This document shows positions 48,683-51,227 of a DNA stretch of 51,227 bases, piece by piece. Source of the stretch: a virus (taxonomy: Duplodnaviria > Caudoviricetes). Positions within the stretch are counted from its first letter, which is position 1; each line of letters starts with the position of its first letter. The stretch is taken from IMG/VR virus record IMGVR_UViG_3300032247_001523, positions 1 to 51,227 of that record, one strand, 5' to 3'. The translations under genes were made by a program, and so were the position numbers. The notes under the pieces were generated by a model. That model saw nothing but the letters and a program-made list of their open reading frames with translations, was not told the DNA's origin and searched no databases.

Positions 48683-49538
48683 CTCTGCCAAGGTACTGCA
48701 CCTAGAGCCCACTGATGTTTGTCAGGCAGCTTGCCCCTTGTGTGCCCGAGAAACTGATATCAACTTTGACATAACCAAACAACACCATTTGTCCATGTTT
48801 GATGTGATCCAGGCTGTGGGTGTCAATGTGATTGAACAGCTGGATAAAATGTTCATGTGCGGCAACTACGGAGATCCTGCTGCCGGCCGACACACACTGG
48901 ACATTTACAAAAAAGTCAGGACAATCAATCCTGATATAACCTTGGGTATGAATACCAATGGTGCCCTACGCAATGCCAATTGGTGGACAGAGTTGGCAAA
49001 TATTTTTAATCAACCCCGGGACTATGTGGTATTCAGCATAGACGGGCTAGAGGATACCAATCATGTTTATCGCAAGAACGTGGATTGGAAAACGCTAATG
49101 GCCAACGTCGAAAGTTTTATCTTGGCTGGCGGGCATGCACATTGGGACATGCTGGTATATCGACACAATGAACATCAAGTAGATCAGTGTGCAGAACTGG
49201 CCAAGTCCATGGGATTTAAGTGGTTTCGTGCCAAAGTCAGTAAACGTGCATTGGTTGAACCTCTGGAAGCGCCCGTGACATGGCAACCAAAGATCGTATC
49301 AGACGGACAAATTGTGTGTCACGCAGAACAAGAAAATAGCGTATACTTAGATGCACAACGTCGTCTTAGTCCTTGCTGTTGGTTGGCACACAGCCAGCCA
49401 ATTGACAGGTTTGACAGTATCCGGGCCAGTTGGACATCAGCGTCGCCTAACCCGATGTGCAGTCAAACCTGTAGACAAAGCAATTCTGTGTCATCTTTTA
49501 CCGGGCAGTGGCAAAAAAATATAGAATTTGAGATTTGA
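48666..49538 (+). CDS. Radical SAM protein with C-terminal Twitch/SPASM-like domain
   Basis: EPTDVCQAACPLC, CGNYGDP, NTNG, FSIDG; C-terminal C...SPCCW...CSQTC. The ATG at 48666 overlapping the gp46 end is more plausible than 48594. Confidence 0.88.
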   Translation: MLKLLNSAKVLHLEPTDVCQAACPLCARETDINFDITKQHHLSMFDVIQAVGVNVIEQLDKMFMCGNYGDPAAGRHTLDIYKKVRTINPDITLGMNTNGALRNANWWTELANIFNQPRDYVVFSIDGLEDTNHVYRKNVDWKTLMANVESFILAGGHAHWDMLVYRHNEHQVDQCAELAKSMGFKWFRAKVSKRALVEPLEAPVTWQPKIVSDGQIVCHAEQENSVYLDAQRRLSPCCWLAHSQPIDRFDSIRASWTSASPNPMCSQTCRQSNSVSSFTGQWQKNIEFEI

Positions 49539-49583
49539 TCAAGAACATGCAACATAATTGTAATACAATGATAACTACACAAT

Positions 49584-50018
49584 ATGTCCTGGTACTACCA
49601 AAATTCCCTTGTGGAGCAACTGCCCGATGATTGTGTTGGATTCGTTTACATGATTACCAATGCTGTGTCAGGACGCAAATACATAGGCAAAAAACTAGCA
49701 AAATTCGCAAAAACCACATACAAGACAGTAAAACTCAAAAACGGCACCAAAAAGAAAAAAAAGATTCGCAGTAAAATCGACTCTGATTGGCAAGAATATT
49801 ATGGCTCAAACATTGAACTAAACAAAGACGTAGAAACACTTGGACGAGAAAACTTCAAACGCGAAATACTTTACTATTGTCAATCTAAATCAGAATGCAG
49901 TTACATTGAGGCCCGCGAACAATTCACACACAAAGTCTTAGAATCAGCAGATTACTACAACGGACACATACAAGTCCGTGTCCATGGCTCCCACATTAAA
50001 GACAAGTTAAACGGTTAA
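49584..50018 (+). CDS. Small stand-alone GIY-YIG endonuclease
   Basis: GFVYMITN..SGRKYIGKK...WQEYYGS...FKREIL...E...YYN; Lys-rich insert KTVKLKNGTKKKKKIRSK; ATAACTA (late-promoter variant) at 49571-49577. Confidence 0.85.
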   Translation: MSWYYQNSLVEQLPDDCVGFVYMITNAVSGRKYIGKKLAKFAKTTYKTVKLKNGTKKKKKIRSKIDSDWQEYYGSNIELNKDVETLGRENFKREILYYCQSKSECSYIEAREQFTHKVLESADYYNGHIQVRVHGSHIKDKLNG

Positions 50019-50020
50019 CG

Positions 50021-50447
50021 ACTCGCACAGGTCTAAAAACGTGTGCCTAGCGACAACTCGATAAAAAGAGGGACGGAAATCTCTGCGCCGTACAGAGTAC
50101 TTAGCAACTATCCTTGACAGGACGACGATCGCTTAAATGCCGCGATTTTGCTATTTGAATGGAATTTAAGGCTGAAAAGACGCTCTAGCGATAGAGCACG
50201 GTTAATATATGTGTTAGCGTATGTGTATTAATCCGCCGTTGTGATAAAGACGCAACTCGAGGTACCGGACAACCGCCTCTGTAATGTTGTAACGCTATGT
50301 GGCTGTGCTACTCGGATGATGCCAAACTTTGCCCTGAGCGGGCAAAGTGTGACCGATTAATCTGGATGATACTAGTTTCGCTGGTGCGTGAAGAAAGAAG
50401 AAAACAGTTGTGAGCGCAAGCGAAACAACAGATCTCGTTAGAGATCT
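50021..50447 (+). ncRNA. Candidate large structured non-coding RNA, family not recognised
   Basis: No ORF; about 11 hairpins, nested long-range helices, GCGA and GCAA tetraloops, many G-U pairs in the + orientation. Confidence 0.65.
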
Positions 50448-50665
50448 TAAATGAATGCTACCCCTGACTTCTTGGTATTCTCAAAGTTATCTGAAATGAT
50501 TTTCCCAATTATGTCTTTGTCTTGTTGCCCCAACAGCATGGCATCGTCATAAGAAATACTGCCACGCATGTACCAACACAATCTTAATACTTCTTCTCTT
50601 ATGGCTTTTGACTCTCTTTGATATGAGTCAAGTAAACTGATAATTTCGTCAGATTTCAGAGTCAA
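50447..50665 (-). CDS. Small baseplate hub assembly protein (gp51-like)
   Basis: LCWYMRGSISYDDAMLL...KDII; coupled to the gp26-like gene by a 4-nt overlap. Confidence 0.55.
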   Translation of the reverse strand: MTLKSDEIISLLDSYQRESKAIREEVLRLCWYMRGSISYDDAMLLGQQDKDIIGKIISDNFENTKKSGVAFI

Positions 50666-51227
50666 AAGCCTTGAGCGAAAAAACTTGCGTAATCAAATTC
50701 AACATTCAATTTGAATTCTTTTCCGCAATCAGTACATGCTGTGTCCACTGGTTTGATGTTGACATCGTCGGCAAACTTTCTAATTTGTTCCTGTACTTGA
50801 CGCAAGATACTGCTTTCGGCATTGGCATAAAACTCACTGATAAATTTTGAGTCTCGTACCACGGTACCATCTGCTGTGGTAATACTGTCTGTGCAACCGG
50901 TTACATTTTCGTTCTGTAACTCAATCATCTTTTTGACGTGCTGTTCATATTGAACTTTGCGTTCTTCTTCTGACAAGTCTTCGTTGGCCAACAATTGGAT
51001 CAGTTTTTCTTCTTCGAATGTCACACTGCCTGCACGACTGACTTGACGATAATCAAGAGGTTTCAGCTTGATAGTTAGCTCGCCGTGTGCTTTTACTGTT
51101 TTGCTGTAATCGGGTGCTGAAATACGATCCAACACAGATTGCAAGGGAATATCGTAATCATGCTCTGTTTTGCAATGCGGACACTCGGAACTCACGGTCA
51201 TAGCCGGACCGTAACTGGCAATACGTA
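50662..51227 (-). CDS. Baseplate hub subunit, gp26-like (5' end outside the window)
   Basis: The frame stays open to the window edge (..RIASYGPAMTVSSECPHC); two CxxC pairs; ends ASFFAQGF. Confidence 0.7.
   Translation of the reverse strand, partial: RIASYGPAMTVSSECPHCKTEHDYDIPLQSVLDRISAPDYSKTVKAHGELTIKLKPLDYRQVSRAGSVTFEEEKLIQLLANEDLSEEERKVQYEQHVKKMIELQNENVTGCTDSITTADGTVVRDSKFISEFYANAESSILRQVQEQIRKFADDVNIKPVDTACTDCGKEFKLNVEFDYASFFAQGF

Noticed and set aside
44311-49286. Minus-strand ORFs over gp55, gp47, gp46 and the radical SAM gene
   Set aside because: Antisense shadows of well-supported + strand genes.
49584-50447. Group I intron with a homing endonuclease
   Set aside because: No interrupted host gene flanks the element and I could not identify the conserved catalytic-core elements by eye; a covariance search is still warranted.
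50021-50447. tRNA or tmRNA
   Set aside because: No cloverleaf, T-loop GTTC motif, CCA end or tag reading frame was recognised.
1-51227. Genome-wide TAG reassignment (alternative genetic code)
   Set aside because: Very long ORFs are intact under the standard code, only one internal TAG was seen, and TAG plausibly terminates two other genes.

Overview
Fragment of a large T4-like (myovirus, Tevenvirinae-related) phage genome, with no tRNA, rRNA or CRISPR array seen. Minus strand 1-11309 is a tightly overlapping modification operon: six tandem radical SAM enzymes with an N-terminal Twitch-like Fe-S domain (the first is missing from the ORF track and runs off the window), three glycosyltransferase-like genes and three unknown genes. 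Minus strand 11379-44058 is a tail/baseplate module: Asn-rich fibres, a giant wedge protein split by one in-frame TAG, gp6, gp25, a gp5-like spike with two recognisable and one probable cell-wall hydrolase domains, an acidic hub, and gp53- and gp48/54-like genes, preceded by ATAAATA late-promoter motifs. Plus strand 44167-50018 holds the gp55 late sigma factor (apparently starting at AUU), an unknown gene, gp47/gp46, a seventh radical SAM enzyme and a small GIY-YIG nuclease. The nuclease is followed at once by about 430 nt of non-coding sequence that folds by eye into a multi-domain RNA. Minus-strand gp51/gp26-like hub genes close the window. Best leads: the GIY-YIG plus structured RNA pair, the radical SAM/glycosyltransferase array, the AUU-initiated sigma factor and the amber-split giant protein. 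All calls come from reading motifs by eye; no searches or folding programs were run.
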